Shown: positions 12,697-25,388 of the stretch, piece by piece | Position numbering within the stretch: the stretch's first letter is position 1 | Layout of the letters: each line of letters starts with the position of its first letter | Assembly (NCBI GenBank): GCA_002189035.1 | Contig: NEEC01000011.1 | Span: 1-64,000 of the forward strand | Source of the DNA: Utricularia gibba | Lineage: Eukaryota > Plantae > Magnoliophyta | Length of the DNA stretch: 64,000 nt | Direction: 5' to 3' | The notes under the pieces: generated by a model | What the model saw: only the letters and a program-made list of their open reading frames with translations | What the model was told of the DNA's origin: nothing | The model's database searches: none | Translations under genes and position numbers: made by a program

Positions 12697-13023
12697 AATT
12701 GGTGTCGCGCGACCAAGTGACTCATGCGTCGTGCTCCCTGGTCCGTGAAGCATAACTTTCAGACCGCTTTGATCCGCGTGAAGCACCGCGCATCGTTTCG
12801 AAGCTCCTTCCGAGCCCGACGCACGGGGGCTCGCTTGGTGGAGCACGAAACGATGCTGCGTCCCTCGAAACGCAGGACGCCGAGGTAGGATGGGCATGTT
12901 GGCATCTTGAGACTAGAAAATTCGGTGTGCCACGAGGGCCAGAGGGGTTTTTACGTGGCACCGACGCGCGCGCCGCTGCATGCACGTTGACAACCCAATG
13001 GCGTGCCGCACAAAGAAAAAAAA
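12697..13023 (-). other. 5S rDNA non-transcribed spacer: 217-bp gene-proximal part absent from the satellite, plus a ~100-bp part shared with it and a terminator remnant
   Basis: 12914-13010 (TAGAAAATTCGGTGTGCCACGAGGGCC...GCGTGCCGCA) matches the satellite spacer segment with a few substitutions. 12697-12913 is a unique GC-rich sequence. Confidence 0.85.
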
Positions 13024-14829
13024 GTTGAGAGTAATTTTCAATTCACTGATCAAGCTGTATCTCAGCAATTTATGATATGATTTTCAATAACATCATGTCC
13101 AAGAGAGAGTTGATTCGCAAAAAAAAAAAAACAGAAGGAAAAGAAAAGAAGAAGATGAGAAGAAGAGAGAAAAGGGCTGAATGGTTGGAACAAGCCACAA
13201 AACTGAAAGAGGAGTTTCTTGGAGTACGAAAATCAAAGGATAAGCATGGCATATTTTTTTGATGGATGCTCACTCCTTATTACCCATAAAATGGAGCCTC
13301 TAAACGAATTTCCCACCTATCCAAGCTCCTGCCACCCTACAACACAAGAAAAAGACCTCATGATTGCGCAAGCTTGCTGAAACCAGTAGACCACTTGCGC
13401 AAGTTTACTGACTCACCTACATTCAGGTATTGAGTGAACCTTTTCATTTTATCCTCCTCTTATGGATTTCTCTTGTTGAGCATACAAAGTGACACCTGTG
13501 AGGAGTGAATACGTGCAAGGGGAGCTAGTGTATGATATTGCATTGAATAACTTATGCATATTGTTGCCTTAACTCTATTTGCAAGCTACTATTTTGAAGG
13601 AAAATGCCTTGAACAATTGCTTGAGGACAAGCAAACATTTAAGTGTGGGGGAGTTGATAAGTGATTTTGTGTCACTTATATTTATGCTTTTTAGGACTCA
13701 CTTAGATGGGTTTTGCATTCTTTTTATTTTATGAGAATTTTGTATCTTTCATATACTTTGATCTTTTTGGAAGGAAAGTGTGTTTTGTGATTTTTCAGGA
13801 TAATTTTGGCATAATTTGGAGGATTTTCGAGCTACTTTAATGGAGGCTAAGATTTGGTCTATCTAGATAAAGACTCGGTCAAAGATTCTCGGATAAGATA
13901 AGATTAGCATCTTATCTTAGAAAAGTTGGATCTTATCCTAGAAGATTTGTATCAAATCTTAGAAGATCCGAATAGAAGATTTGATGTGAGCCCATCAAGA
14001 AAGCCCGACGAGTCCCCACCATTATATAAAGATCGAAACACGAAGATCAACCAGGAGGGAGAGTCAAGTGGATGACCAGATAGTCAATTTAGGGTTTAGA
14101 GCCGAGTCTAGCATGTTTTGGATGTCTTCCCTTTCGATTTTTATCAACTTTTGTTGTTTAGAGTCGAGCATGCGCGTGTGAGCGCTTGCGGCTGAGGATC
14201 TGCTGTGAAGCCTTGCTTGCGCAAGTCCTGCGCACGTGACTATCTTACTATGTTTTTTAGCATTTAATTTGAGGTCTGATTCTATTTTTCGCAATGTTTT
14301 CTTTACCAACGTGATCTTTAGTACCATATAGCCCTAAGGGAGTGTGGGAGAATCAAAGGTTGGCCTCAAGCACTTAAGGAGAAGAGCTCAATCGGACACC
14401 GTTGGTAAGGCACATTTTGTCTAATCTATCTGCGAGGTGACAGGTGCAGGGGTTAGATTTGGGTATGGGGAAAATATGGATTATCACAAGAGGTGAAATG
14501 GCTCTTTTGGCGTGGTTGATTCCATAATCCCACTAAACGAGAGACGATGCTATAACGGTTACCGAGTAGTACTATTTTAGAATAACACTCCCAGAACTTG
14601 CGCAAGCAGGTCAGTCTTCAAAGTTTGCACACACGCAAGAGAGAGTTTCAAGTAAGGTGGATCTTAGATCTAAGTCCACTTTTCTTATTGTATTCAAAAC
14701 AAATCTTTCTTTTGTTTTTAGTCTTTTTAAATCTTTGTTTTGAAAGTAAAATTCCAATAACAATTTCCCGTGGATACAATCTTATTTTATTAATTTGATG
14801 GTTTCTATTCATTTGCAGAATCACCATCA
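13024..14829 (+). mobile_element. 3' portion of an Athila-type Ty3/gypsy element: 3' non-coding region, PPT (13641-13654) and 3' LTR (13655-14829)
   Basis: TTGAGGACAAGCAAACATTTAAGTGTGGGGGAGT is followed directly by TGATAAGTG..., and the LTR ends ...ATCACCATCA. The LTR is homologous to the copies at 41372-41933 and 41972-43109. Confidence 0.8.
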
Positions 14830-17800
14830 ATGATTCGAATTAAAAAAAAATAAAAAATTATAAATATTAAATAAATATATATGATTTCAAACACTTTTCT
14901 CATACACTTACACGTGATAAGTGGAATGCTTGAAAAATCTTCTCAAACAACCCTTCTTCAACCAAAACCCGAATCGACGGTTTCGGTTGGAACCGCGGTT
15001 GTAGTTCGAATCGAGTTCACCCCTAGGTGAATTCATATGTGCTAAGCTATGGATTAAAATGCAATAGAAGTCTTTCTCGGGTTCGTGCAGGAGAAGGTGA
15101 TGAATCCAGCATTGATTCGGTTTAGCGCAGGTCCAGCCCCTATTGTTTTGCGGAGTCTGACCAATTATCCGGCCCATACACATTTCTCAGGACGCGCTCT
15201 ATTTTCTTGGATTCGAGGAGTCGCCGCGCCTTTTGAATATTTGGAGGTGCTCCCGCCTGGCTCACGATAGCCATGTCAGTGACTCTACGATGGTTCGTTG
15301 CGCAGTTAGCGGATGGGGATGGGGAATGTTCTGTGGATAAAATAAATTCAGGGAGTTCCCAGTTCATTATTCGCCTAAATGTCAACCAGAAAGAGGGTGC
15401 GTCCGGTTCGCCGTGGCCCCGACGGCAGCGCCTTTGAGAAATGGTTCTTCTCTCTCCGTTTCAATTACTGCACACCATTCTTCGCATGAGATTTCCGTGG
15501 TAGCTTTGCTCGTATGAGGTTTCATTATGCTATTTCCTTGAAATGTGTGATTGGTTTGTATATTGTACTGTAGTGGAAACTGTGGGCTCTCTGTGGCGAT
15601 TGCTTTGGCTGGTATGCACGAGTGTGGATCTCACGAAAATGCAAACAAGAGAACAAAGATCGATGATATTGGCCAGAGGATTCTGGATCAACCCAGATCG
15701 GCTTTTCGTTTCTTCATGTATATCTTCTCCGTTTTTCGTGCATGTTTTACTTGTCTAGTTTGTCTGTGGAGGTGGCTGTTTATTTCCAGCTTCAGCCATT
15801 TATCGCTTGAGTTGAATAGGATTTTTGCATCCTTAATTCTTGGATACAAAAATAGGATTTTGCAATTCCCTGTTGAGTTGGAGACCCTCAATCGGGTTAA
15901 TTGTTGGTCATACAGGGAAGAGTATTTGAGGATAAGTGACGAAAGAAATGAAATTGAGGTAGACAAGAGAGGGTGTGAGTTATGGAAAGGCATGTCAGAC
16001 GAGGTACACAGTGTTCAGTGTTTTACTACCAATTTATACAGTCAGTCTTCTTGAATTCCCGCTTACTTCACTTATTGTCTTCCTTAGGAGAGACAGCCAT
16101 ATCTTCTGAAGGCCCATAAACTGGACTCTGCCTGGATGAAACTTCTGCGGGATGAGGAACATGAGATGAGATGGGTAATCAATATACGTGACCTTGAGAA
16201 CCCATATTATATTGATATGATTGTTCATGTTCCAGGTTTCAAATGCATTTGTTCGTGGGTTCCTAGGCAGATGATGAAGCGGATTCAGCGGAGGCCGGGA
16301 AACCTCCTGAGGTAGCATCCCCTGAGTTCTGCACGTCTTCTGACTACAGTGGTGGTGTTGGCTCCTTGTGGTTCTTCTCTGATACAACTTGGGCAACTTG
16401 AAGGGTTAGTTCTAAGTAGTTCTCAGGTTTGAAGACGGAGCAGAGCGTGAGCCTTGTGAAATTGGAGTGTCATTTTGGCTACTTTTCGCAAGTGATTTTG
16501 TAGCCTACCTCTGCTTTTTGAGCTGGTGTCATTTTTGATAGGGCACGTTTAGTTAAACGGAAAAAAATGAAATGGTATAATTTTATGTTGTGTGATTTTA
16601 AGACTATAAATTATTCATAAAATGATATGTTTTATATATTGGAATAAAAGAACTTGATTAGATGTATGCTAGTTTTGCTGATGGTTTCATAAATGGAATT
16701 ATTTTGTAATTTATCTTTTTATCTTTTAATTTTTATTAAAATTAATGTATTGTTTTCAATACATTTTTAGAATAAAATTTCATATTCCTTCTCTCGAGTC
16801 TAGTAATCTTTCTTATGTGTTTAAAATTTTTGTCTCGAAAAATAGTTTCTAAAAGATAATTCCTTCATATGACTCGAAATAATGATAAAAAATCATTTGG
16901 TATTAGTTTTATCCATTATATCCATTCAAAATATATAGAGATTGTCTCCAATTATGTGAAGAAATTGGAGGTACTTAATAGCAAAATTAAAAAGCAATTT
17001 CTCATCCAATTAATTTCTCTATCTAGAAGTTTACCCTCTAACAAGGAATTTAAGATATATTTTTTAGTAATTTTTCAAATAAAAGATATCCACGAACTCA
17101 TTACAAGCTTCAAAACGATATACCACAAATCACATTTGCATCAAGATATGAGAGTCTTCCAAAGGGTGCCTTCAAGAAGGAACTCAACAAAATGAACTCA
17201 AACACAAACTTCGAAACAATTGAATTAAAGATGGAAAGTATTTAAAGGATGGTGATAGTGATCGCCATCAAGAAAAAAACTATTTAGGGTGCGTTTGGTT
17301 GCTGGGTTTAGGTGGGTTGCGACGTGGGTTTAGAGATAAACCCACGTTTGGTACGTGGGTTTCATACGAGTAAAAATAAACCCGGCGGGAACCCGCTGAG
17401 TTGGGAGCTCGACGCTTCCAATTTTGCCCTCGCGTGAACCACATTTGAACGTAGATCTACAAACCAGACTTTGTTCGTGATTTGCCGGTGGCGTCGCGTG
17501 TTCTTTGGGCGCAAAAAGGGTGGGTCTTTAGGTAAGTGTGCTTTATGTTCTTGGTGGGTTGGTCCATGGTAGCACTGCATAAGGCCAACCACGGCAACAC
17601 CACATAATGGGTTTTTATCTGTGATTTTCCAATTTCTGAATCTGTGGTGTTGTGTGTGTGGATTTATTTTGCTCGATTTTTGCTACTGTTGAGGGGACAT
17701 GGATTTTTTCATGAAGGGCCATGTCATCTTGAGTGCGGCCGTGGCAGTTTTAACCGAATACTTGGTGTAAATGAATGTGTTAGTAAGAGTACGAATGAGG

Positions 17801-17896
17801 ATGGTAAGAGTACGGGAACATAGCATCTGTGGTGTGGAACCCCTTGACACCGTAGACAATGTAAGAGTACGAATGAGGATCCTGAGGAGGTGACCC

Positions 17897-18900
17897 ATGA
17901 AGAGGATGAAGATGTGCAGCCAACACCGATCTCGGCACACGACGATGGGTGGACTGTATACAGAGAATCTTGAACTCTATGGTCGGCTTGCATGGTATGA
18001 ACAAAGGTGGCCATACGGTGGACTGTCGACTAATAACGCAGCTCCATCACGAAAGTTGTTAATATTTGATGTGAACGGCGTACTTGCGGACATTGTGTAT
18101 CCTTGCGATGTCAGGTGGGGAGCATCGAAGCCAAATGCCGTCATTTACAAGCGAAATGGTAATGCGGTGTAGTTGATATGCATTTAATATTTGATGCATG
18201 TGTCAGTACTATTTGTTGTGGTTGTAGTGTATCTTCGACCAAGTGCACGTGAGTTTGTATACAGTTTTGCATGGAACACTTTGATGTCGCCATCTGATCT
18301 TCCAGAGGACGGTAAGATTGTCCAGCTAGCAGGCAATGGGATCCACAAGATGCTGACCTTTCTTTTTTCTGACAACATGTTTTAGTGAACAATTGCACAA
18401 TGTGGTCTAGTGGTTACTAGGGCATGCAGCCGCCAACAAGCTCGTCTTCCAATGGGATGGATCCTGGACAGTGGACACAGGTTATCCGGTGCACGACAAT
18501 AGGAACAGCATGGTTAAGCTTAAGCTTTTGACTCATGTATGGGGTGCCAACACAGAGTTCAAGGGCAAATATCACCGTCTTAATATGCTACTCATCGATG
18601 ATGCGTCGTACAAGTCACTAGACAACCTGATGAGTTTATGGTCGCCCTCATTCTCCACCACCTTGCACCCGATGATCGTTTACTTTTATTGGACAGCCCG
18701 AAAATGTCATATTCCCAACCACCTTCAAATACATCGCAGTCAATGATTGTTCCCTGGTCCGAGGGGGAGATATTAGGTCGTTCCTGAAAGCTCTTATTGA
18801 CGTAATGGATGTACCCATGCACGTCGATCACCAACAGGTAGGTCAACGTTTGATAGACAAGGAACACCTATTGTGGAAGCATTTTAAGGCTATTGTGTAA
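17897..18900 (+). pseudogene. FCP1-homology/NIF (HAD superfamily) domain gene with introns, inside the Harbinger element
   Basis: Exon-wise translation: RKLLIFDVNGVLADIV (motif at 18068); VYLRPSAREF..QFCMEHFDVAI*SSR (frameshift and stop); KLVFQWDGSWTVDTGY...NMLLIDDASYKSLDN; PENVIFPTTF...GDIRSFLKAL...VGQRLI...WKHFKAIV* (TAA 18898-18900). The motif order matches the plant FCP1-homology family. Confidence 0.8.
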
Positions 18901-19374
18901 TCGATGATGCACCTTTAAAATTGCATGGATCTTGTGTGAACTATTTGGTATGCAGACTTTGTTAGTTTGTGATCGAACACTGATTGCGGTAGCACTGCAT
19001 GTTGTAATATCCGATGCCATCACTTGTTTTAAACCTTGTGTCCAAACATGGTGCTTCGTAATATGCAACACCAACGCGGTGCTAGTCCATCGCTATTCGA
19101 TAGCACCGCACTGAATGTGGCGGTTTTTGTAGCATCGTGTTTGTGGAAGAGTGCTCCACAACATAGCACCGTGCTTGTTCATACGCGGTGCTTCCACAAA
19201 CGACGCCATAACACTATCTACCCTACGCAATGCTTGTGCCAGTTACATGTAGTCATCCTATGCCTACATTTTCATGTGGAATACAGTATATTTGCTTGAA
19301 GGATGATTAGAAGATCAAATACATCTAACCCATGAGTCCAACATAAGGTCAACCACCGAACAACAGATTTAAGA

Positions 19375-20410
19375 TCTCCATTCGGATGCTAAACCTCGCA
19401 CAATCAGCTCTCTTTCACAATCACTGGAGGAAAGGAAGTAGTGCAACCTCGTAGAGTTGGAATTAATCGTCTCTGCTATGGTAAAACATTGGATGGTAGT
19501 TAATTGCAACGGCATACCTCTAATGATCTCCCCTGCTTGACGCTAATTGTCCACCAACTCCCGTGCTTGCTGCACCATTGTTAATACCAAGTGGTGTAGC
19601 TCTTCGCATGTGCGCACGTTCAGCTCCTTCATTTATTTGAAGAACTACACATCATAATCGATTCCCTTTGGTCCCTGCCCACTTCGTCTAGTCCACCGCG
19701 ACGAGTCGGTGTTGTTGTGTGACTCGGAGTCCCTACTAGGCATGGCGTTCACACTCTTCGCAGCATAACCAATTGGCACAAGGTGTGTCAGCATACGAGA
19801 AGTTCATATCATGTCCAGTGCTATCCGGGTCCAGAGGGCAATCCGAAGATGCTTCCAGATTCTCCCCAACATCTTCCGTCAATTTCCTCTTCCTGGATGC
19901 GGCTACATAGCTCATCGTATTATCTCCTGTAGCTCGATCCTTTCCAAATATTTCTTGTCACTCCATGTAATACGGCCACACTTTGTGTCTTAGGACGTGC
20001 AGCCTGGGTGTGTGCTGACATAAGACCACGGTAAGCACCGGATATAACACCACGAGAATAGGGCATATGTACCTGATCAATCTCCTTCCAAACCTCCTCG
20101 TCTGCGTCTACACTTTAGGTCAGCTCACTGAAACCGGTGCCCGACCTTGATAAAAAATCTACAAGGAGGTAGTAGTCTTTTTTCTAGGTATGCACTTTGC
20201 TAGATATATGCGGGTGTGCGCGGATGTCAGTTCTAGGGCTAAGTTTCAAGAACTCTGTCTCCAACGCTTGGTGATACCCACTCCTAAAACCATTCTCAAT
20301 TTTCCAGCCTTCTTTCACTATCTTCCTCAAAGCATGCAACAAGTCTTTCTCCTCATCTGGCTTCCAGGCACAGTTCTTTTTTTTTGTGAGAGTCTTCCAC
20401 CACGATTGGG
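19375..20410 (-). pseudogene. Harbinger ORF1 Myb/SANT-like DNA-binding protein (disrupted)
   Basis: WKPDEEKDLLHALRKIVKEGWKIENGFRSGYHQALE...DIRAHPHISSK, followed after an intron by VWPYYME*QEIFGKDRATG; contains in-frame stops. Boundaries are approximate. Confidence 0.82.
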
Positions 20411-23400
20411 CTGTGCATACTGCAATCTGTTCTGGAGGAAAGAAAACAGCAAGAACAAAGCACCTACACCAAGCACTTACAACAAGTAAACCGTAAAATT
20501 GATTCAAAATTCAACGGATTTCAAACGAGAAACTCTGCGCAACGAAGGGAGTATACAATCAGGACTTAACCCATGGCTCTTCACTCTCAATTACTTGTGA
20601 AATTGGGAGATCTCATCGGGCGGCAGCACCGCGACAATCGGGTGTGAAAGTCGGTGGACGAAGGGGAAAACAAATGGTAGTATAGAGGAGTAGTTATTGT
20701 TGAGGAAGGCTATATTGGTAAATTCATATGAAAATTATTCACAAACCCAATTTTATACCCACGTACCAAACATGTATTCATTTTAAATTCAAATAATCTA
20801 AACTCATCAATCAAACACGAATTACACCCTTTAAACCCATTAAATCGGGTTATCTAAACCCAAATAAACTAAACTTGTGTTTAGGAAAAATACAACCAAA
20901 CGCGCCCTTAATGACTTTTCTTTTTACTGACATTGCATCGTTATGAATACACAAATGTTGTATGAGCTTCAAAACGATGTAAATTTTGTATACTAAAAAT
21001 GGTATACTATGGTCAGTATAAATCAACAACAAAAATGATGAAAAATATAATACATCATTTTAGTATTGATATCCAATACTAAAATGAAAAATAAAATACA
21101 TCAGACAACAAAAATAATGAGAAATATATATTATCCATGTAAAGGGAAGCTACATCGCATTCTATTTTGAAGCTAAACTTTGGTCTTTGAATGAATCTAA
21201 TACAATCTGAGCAAAACAATTATTTTGATTTTAAGGATATAATTGAAAAGATGAAATTAATTTCCAATAGGATAATTTATTACCCACCTTACCTTGGGTT
21301 TTATTTTATTCTTTATCCAAACAAATTCCCTTGTATTATATGAAGTAAATATATATCCTTATTTATATAAATCTACTCAAACTTATCAATCAAAGCAGTC
21401 TTTTAAAGGGTTGTTTAGTTCAAGTGTATCAATTTTACTTGAGTTTAATTTATTCAAATTTAAATTAATAAATTTTGAGTATTTAAAGGATAGTTTGTAT
21501 TTGATTAATGAGTATAATTTATATAGCTTTAAGATGAAAATATGTGTAGTATGGAAATTTCATGGAGCTATGTTGGCACATTTCGGAAGATAAAGTTCAT
21601 GGAAGAAGTTCTAGAGCATATGGATATGTCTTCAATTCATTATGTTTAACCAATTGATCTTGATCTCATTGGCTATGAAATGAATTTTTTTTTATAGTGT
21701 TGTAGCATGTTATCCATTTTGATGTCATATGGGCAGAATTAGTGTCACCTCATACACCTGACACATCGAGTCCCATAACAATGTTGACTCATAGAAATGG
21801 TTTGGTAGAAGCAAGTATGGGCCAAGGGTGTATAATAAGTCCATGCAGTTCTTAATCAAATGGAAGAGTTAAATGTGCGTATGTGTGCAAAGTTGGGACC
21901 TTTAATGTCAACAATCGTGCAATAGAGTCATGACATATTAAAAAGAACTCAGTAGAGATATGCTACTACAACTCACCACCATTCAACAGTTTTGATCTCG
22001 GAGATCATCAGTTCCAACTCTACAAGATTGAACAAATTTCTTGTACCATGTGATTGAGAGAGAGAGAGAGAGTTAATTTTGTGTAGCTTGGCATTTGATC
22101 TTAGTATGTGATACTTTTGCAGTGTACTTTTCTTCTAGTTGATTGCATGAATTTTTTGAAAGCTGAATGTGCTTATTTGGGTGTGCTATCGCACATATAA
22201 AAAACTTACGTTATTAGTATTTGGCTTGAAATCATTTTATAGGTACTTATGCACTAAATATGGTGGTTAAAATATTGGCTTAAAGTGATCCATTGTCATG
22301 ACCCATGCTCAAGACCCAAGAGACATGAGACATGACTGCCAGGTTCCCGTCAACATCGGATTTAAGATAATAACACTTATATAACATAAGGGAATAACAA
22401 GAAGTAAGTTTATATACATATTGTCTCATAATTACCATAACATACAATGGTACTAAAACCAGCCTAAATATAACACATCTGATACACAACCTCCTACAAC
22501 TATTAAAACACCTCCCAAAGTTGAACATTCATACTCCTACTTTGGTTATCACCAGACACTTAGCTATCCCCTTCCATACTTGGAACAAGTTTAAAACATA
22601 AAGTGATCATGCTACTGTAATTTTAAAAAAAACATACACAAGTATGAAGAAAATGAAAAATATTTGAACATAAAATCTCATGAAGAAATATAAAACCACA
22701 TTATGAGTCCCATAATCTATCTTTACCCAAATCTTTTGACCCTTTGGCTTAGACATCACCTTCAAGTCTTATGAAGTGGGTAATATATTGTCTAAATTCA
22801 TCAATAGTAATAAGAAGAGCCACCAACCAATCACCACCTCTAAACTCATACTATATCATGCATACAACATATTTCCTGGTCATTCTTATGTGGCTTATCC
22901 CATAAGGATGCCTCAAGCATACTTGAAAAAAACAGCCTTGAATCCCATGATTAAAACCTTATTGTTAGGTTCCTTGTTTCCTACACTCCAAGAGAGTAAA
23001 ACTTGTTTGGAAACAACCAGCAGGGTACTTCAAAAGGATTTTAAGGATTCTAAACGAATTTTCAAACAATAAGCAACAAAAGAAAAGATTTTTTCAAAGA
23101 ACATGCCATGCTGGACTTTTCAGAGCACTAACCAAGAAGAAACATAGGTTCATAAAACAAGGAAGAATGCCTATCAAAATACAAGGACAAACACATAAGC
23201 AAGTAGTCACATATGTTCGAGAGACTCATGAGAAACATGTTTCCTAAAACAAACAATACGACTCATCTCACTTATCTTATTCCTTACACAAATATCCCTC
23301 GATTACAGCTAAATCCCACAGGATTCCTTATTCTTTAGTTGAATCTTATTCATCCCCTTCCCTTAACTTTGCCTCTTAAGTTTTCATAATATAAGCTCAT

Positions 23401-23504
23401 CACTAGTATATATAAAACAACATGAGTCAACATCCCCCTATCCTAAGGGTACCATGTGGCTTTATCTCTATATAACACTTGCAACACTATTGTTGGTTGC
23501 TTTT

Positions 23505-24691
23505 TGATAAACGAAAAATTTAAATTTGTGCAAAGTCGTTAATTTGCAAATTTCTCCTATAAAATAAAATTTATAAACCTAATTCACATCAAATCATATG
23601 AAAAATATGAGCATAGTGAACTAGAGTCGAACACAAGGAACTATATGCTTGCTATGTGAAGGTCAATGCAAGGAATCGGTGTCACGTTGGTAGAATTGGT
23701 CTTAATTAGGACTAAGGCAGAACTACAACGGAATATAATAAAGAAAAGTAATAAATTTTGGAGCTCGGTTGTTTCTGGAATGAAATGGGTGATGCCTTAG
23801 GATTCCTAGGGGATGTATGCTTATCACTAAACACGCTCAAACAAACCATAAATCATACAACTAACTCACAAGGTCTAGGTCTACTCGGACTCTTGTTTTC
23901 TCCCTAATCTTTGGTCTATCTCTAATTAGGGTTGCTAAGCTAGGTTTCACTACTTCCTCCTCCTAGATCTATCCTGGTTTGTTAAGGAAGTGGTGTGACT
24001 TATGATTGATTAGGTCTAAAGATTGATTAGCACATCTATCCCCCTTTCACCCCAAGGCACCCCCTAAGTGCTTAGCCACTCATGATAGGGGAAAGGAAAA
24101 CGTTTTGATAGTATATCCTAAGAAACATTTCGATTTCAAAGTTAAACAACAACAAGCAATGCATAACAGAAATAGAAAAGACAAATTGTTCACGCAGTAA
24201 ATCTAAAACTAGTCTTAGCTAGGAACATTATGCATCAAGAACAAAAGTAAATCTTCAAAGAGAACTTGTTCTTCGGGGTCGTCGTCCCCTTCTTCTACTC
24301 TAGAAAAATCTCCAGAAAGTGTGTCGTGAGTCTCCAATGGTGGAGATCTTTTCTCTCTCTATCTTGTCCCCCCTTTTTGTCCAAAATCCTCTTTTTTCTC
24401 TTCTTTGGATTTTGTGTGTATTCCTTTTCAGACTTTTGCCCCATCCTCTACTACTACACTGTTCATATCCGACTCCTTGGAATTTGTGTTGCCGACATGT
24501 GCTGTATTGCTCAAAGGAAACTATTAGAAATAAGGTTGGGACTAAATCGTAGATTTAGTCCCAACTAAGACTAAAATAACACAACTAGGGTACTATGTGC
24601 AAAGATATAGAACTAGGCAGTAAAACTTAATTTTTGTAGCACAATATGAGTCATTACCCTGTACTCAATCACTCACAAATATGTGTTATCA
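23505..24691 (-). mobile_element. Athila-type solo LTR (same family as 59465-60642)
   Basis: Reverse complement begins TGATAACACATATTT and ends TTTATCA; colinear similarity with 59465-60642 throughout. Flanks CTTTT/CATTT match 4/5 (possible decayed TSD). No PBS or PPT adjacent. Confidence 0.78.
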
Positions 24692-25388
24692 CATTTCATA
24701 AACCCTATGATAGTGTTGTTCTTGTCCTTGGTGATATTTTATCCAGACCATGATCATTTAGAACAAGAACTTGTTTAGCTCTAAATAACATATCCTTTAT
24801 CCCTCAAGTGGAAAATCACCCTCCTCCCCTACATTCATACTAATATAGTCTCGCCTGTAGTTGAAGCTTTTGTTCTATTAATTTCTCTAGCTTAATGTAC
24901 TTTGTTGTGCATGCATCACCCTCCTCCCCTCACCGCTCGTTTATAGCATCTTCATGGTGTGAATCATTTGCACCCTCGCTACATGTATGATGTCAATGTG
25001 AGGGATGAGTTTCCAAACCACATGTATCGTGTTCTAGGTCTGACTAGGAATGGGGGTATTACTTGGTCCAAAAATTTGGTTCGGCTAGCAAACAACTCCA
25101 TAATCTTTTTAATTGTATTCTTGGGCAAAAACTCAGATCTTACATCATGAAACAACTTTGACAAATCCCAATTACATACATTATTCAAAGTGTAGGGCAT
25201 GTGCACATCCTTTTCCTTAGATTGTCTAACATTTTATGTCACTTTAAGAAATGTTGGCCATGTTGGATTGCATGGTGGCCATACTTACACAAAACTAGTC
25301 TACCATTCGTCTTACGCACTCTTAATGTCCATCACAAGTACAACACTCTATCTACCATGTGGAGAGTAATTAAGACTTTCTACATATT

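Larger units (their letters stand above)
17287..20907. mobile_element. PIF/Harbinger DNA transposon, non-autonomous, 3.6 kb, with passenger gene
   Basis: TIRs GGGTGCGTTTGGTTG (17287) and CAACCAAACGCGCCC (ending 20907) match 14/15. TTA target-site duplication at 17284-17286 and 20908-20910. Contains a Myb/SANT ORF remnant; no DDE transposase is recognisable. Confidence 0.88.

Noticed and set aside
12579-13023. Cassandra TRIM (5S-bearing LTRs) as source of the 5S sequence
   Set aside because: There are no LTR termini, PBS or PPT around the 5S. A true terminator and spacer are present, and the monomers keep the 3' end rather than the internal A/C boxes.
15300-16450. Exon-like segments with plausible splice sites (e.g. 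ERQPYLLKAHKLDSAWMKLLRD)
   Set aside because: No recognisable family and no consistent gene model can be built by eye; a translated search is needed.
22293-23486. Possible Tekay/Del-type LTR pieces (TGTCATGACCC here; similar hints at ~28381-29460 and ~51306-52790) and an Angela-like LTR stretch at ~30480-31560
   Set aside because: Only short terminal-like motifs were recognised, with no paired ends, TSD, PBS or PPT to fix boundaries.
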